This document shows positions 62,972 through 64,000 of a stretch of 64,000 nt of DNA, piece after piece. This DNA comes from Mytilus edulis. Taxonomy: Eukaryota. Each line of letters starts with the position of its first letter. Position 1 is the first letter of the stretch. Made by a program: the position numbers and the translations under genes. A model generated the notes under the pieces. The model was not told where the DNA came from. It worked only from the letters and a program-made list of their open reading frames with translations, and made no database searches. The stretch is taken from assembly GCF_963676685.1 (NCBI RefSeq), contig NC_092346.1, positions 51,212,001 through 51,276,000 on the forward strand. The letters are read 5' to 3'.

Positions 62972-63499
62972 TGTATAGCCTGTAAATTTATAAAAGATCC
63001 GTGTTAATTTATTTGCCCTATGATTAAATTTATTTTCGCAGTTCATCAATAAAATCTTTGAATATTGTTTGTATCGGTTTTTATTTCAAAAGTGTAATAC
63101 TTAACAAAAAATAATATTAATTATTCTTGTAACTCTCATTTTCCAGCATCTCGCCAATACCTATATTTTATGAATATTTCAATTCAATTTTCTTTTTTTT
63201 TAGTTTTGCAGTTATGATTTCTTTACAATTATATTCTTGTTCTGATTGATAATTCATCGAGGAAATGATTGTTTACCTAAAAGTTTTGCTTGTAATTTAA
63301 TATGATATTTGTTAGTTCTGTTTAGGTTTTTTTAACAATCTCAAGAATCTGACTATTTTAAAATAATCGTGTGCTGATTCTCCACTTCCTTAGAAGACAG
63401 ATTGAATACTCACAATCGTGTTTGATTACAGGACATTCTTTATATGCCAAAGCTACGAAACTGTAGTCACAATGGTACTAAGTCGCCAGCTACCATTAA

Positions 63500-63715
63500 T
63501 GAGGGACGAAAGATATCAGAGGGACATTCAAACTCATAGCTCGAAAATAAACTGACAACACCATGGCTAAAAATAAAAAGACAAACAGACAAATAATAGT
63601 ACAGAAGACACAACATAGATAACTAAAGACTAAGCAACACGAACACCACCAAAAACTGGGGGTGATCTCGGGTGCTCCGCAAGGGTAAGCAGATCCTGCT
63701 CCACATGGGGCACAT
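63500..63715 (-). mobile_element. Isolated 3' end of the Penelope-like family (also ~21610-21750 +, 36290-36322 +, 52895-53145 -, 62672-62915 -)
   Basis: Colinear with 9785-10000. Confidence 0.75.
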
Positions 63716-64000
63716 AACTGTTTCTCGATATAGCTTAAATTAAACCATTAGTTTTCAGTTTGAAATTGTAGGATTTCGTTATCCCTGTGCTTATCATGAA
63801 TATGTTATTTGTATAAAAAGATAAAATATATTTATACACGTGCCATATGGACCAACTTCAAAAGGCAAACTAATTCTCTTTTCTAGCTCTGAAAAAGACA
63901 TAAAGATGCCGGAATAAATAAGGTCAGGAAAAGTTATCCAGTGGACTAACAATCGTGATTAATTTATCTGTTGTAACATTTATGTTTTTAAGAATTTTGG

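Noticed and set aside
201-63000. Remaining short ORFs of 60-140 aa
   Set aside because: They are antisense shadows of real CDSs, translations of repeats or low-complexity AT-rich frames, with no recognisable domains

Overview
AT-rich eukaryotic genomic DNA. The repeat families and GPCR type suggest a bivalve mollusc, possibly Mytilus-like; this is an inference from recognition, not a database result. Main contents: (1) 1-6015 recurs, apparently identical, at 12555-18569, and the first copy ends at a 100-N scaffold gap. Each copy carries the large 3' exon of an LRAT/PLAAT-domain (NCEH) multi-pass membrane protein, a hAT-type MITE, an intact minimal type I hammerhead ribozyme and a ~445-bp tRNA-derived tandem repeat. 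(2) A cluster of five class A orphan GPCR genes with intronless coding regions spans 25.7-48.7 kb; one has a single GGA>TGA nonsense change. (3) A slightly decayed Ngaro-type tyrosine-recombinase retrotransposon (gag, RT/RNase H, YR, SGNH hydrolase) lies at ~53.2-58.7 kb between two diverged 3.6-3.8 kb direct repeats. (4) Penelope-like RT relics, SINEs, palindromic MITEs and minisatellites are scattered throughout. The most unusual signals are the rod-folding, Pol III-promoter-containing tandem unit, the phase-matched splice model for the AUG-less YR and hydrolase frames of the Ngaro element, the hammerhead ribozymes and the LRAT + multi-TM + Cys-string architecture. All alignments and folds were done by eye.
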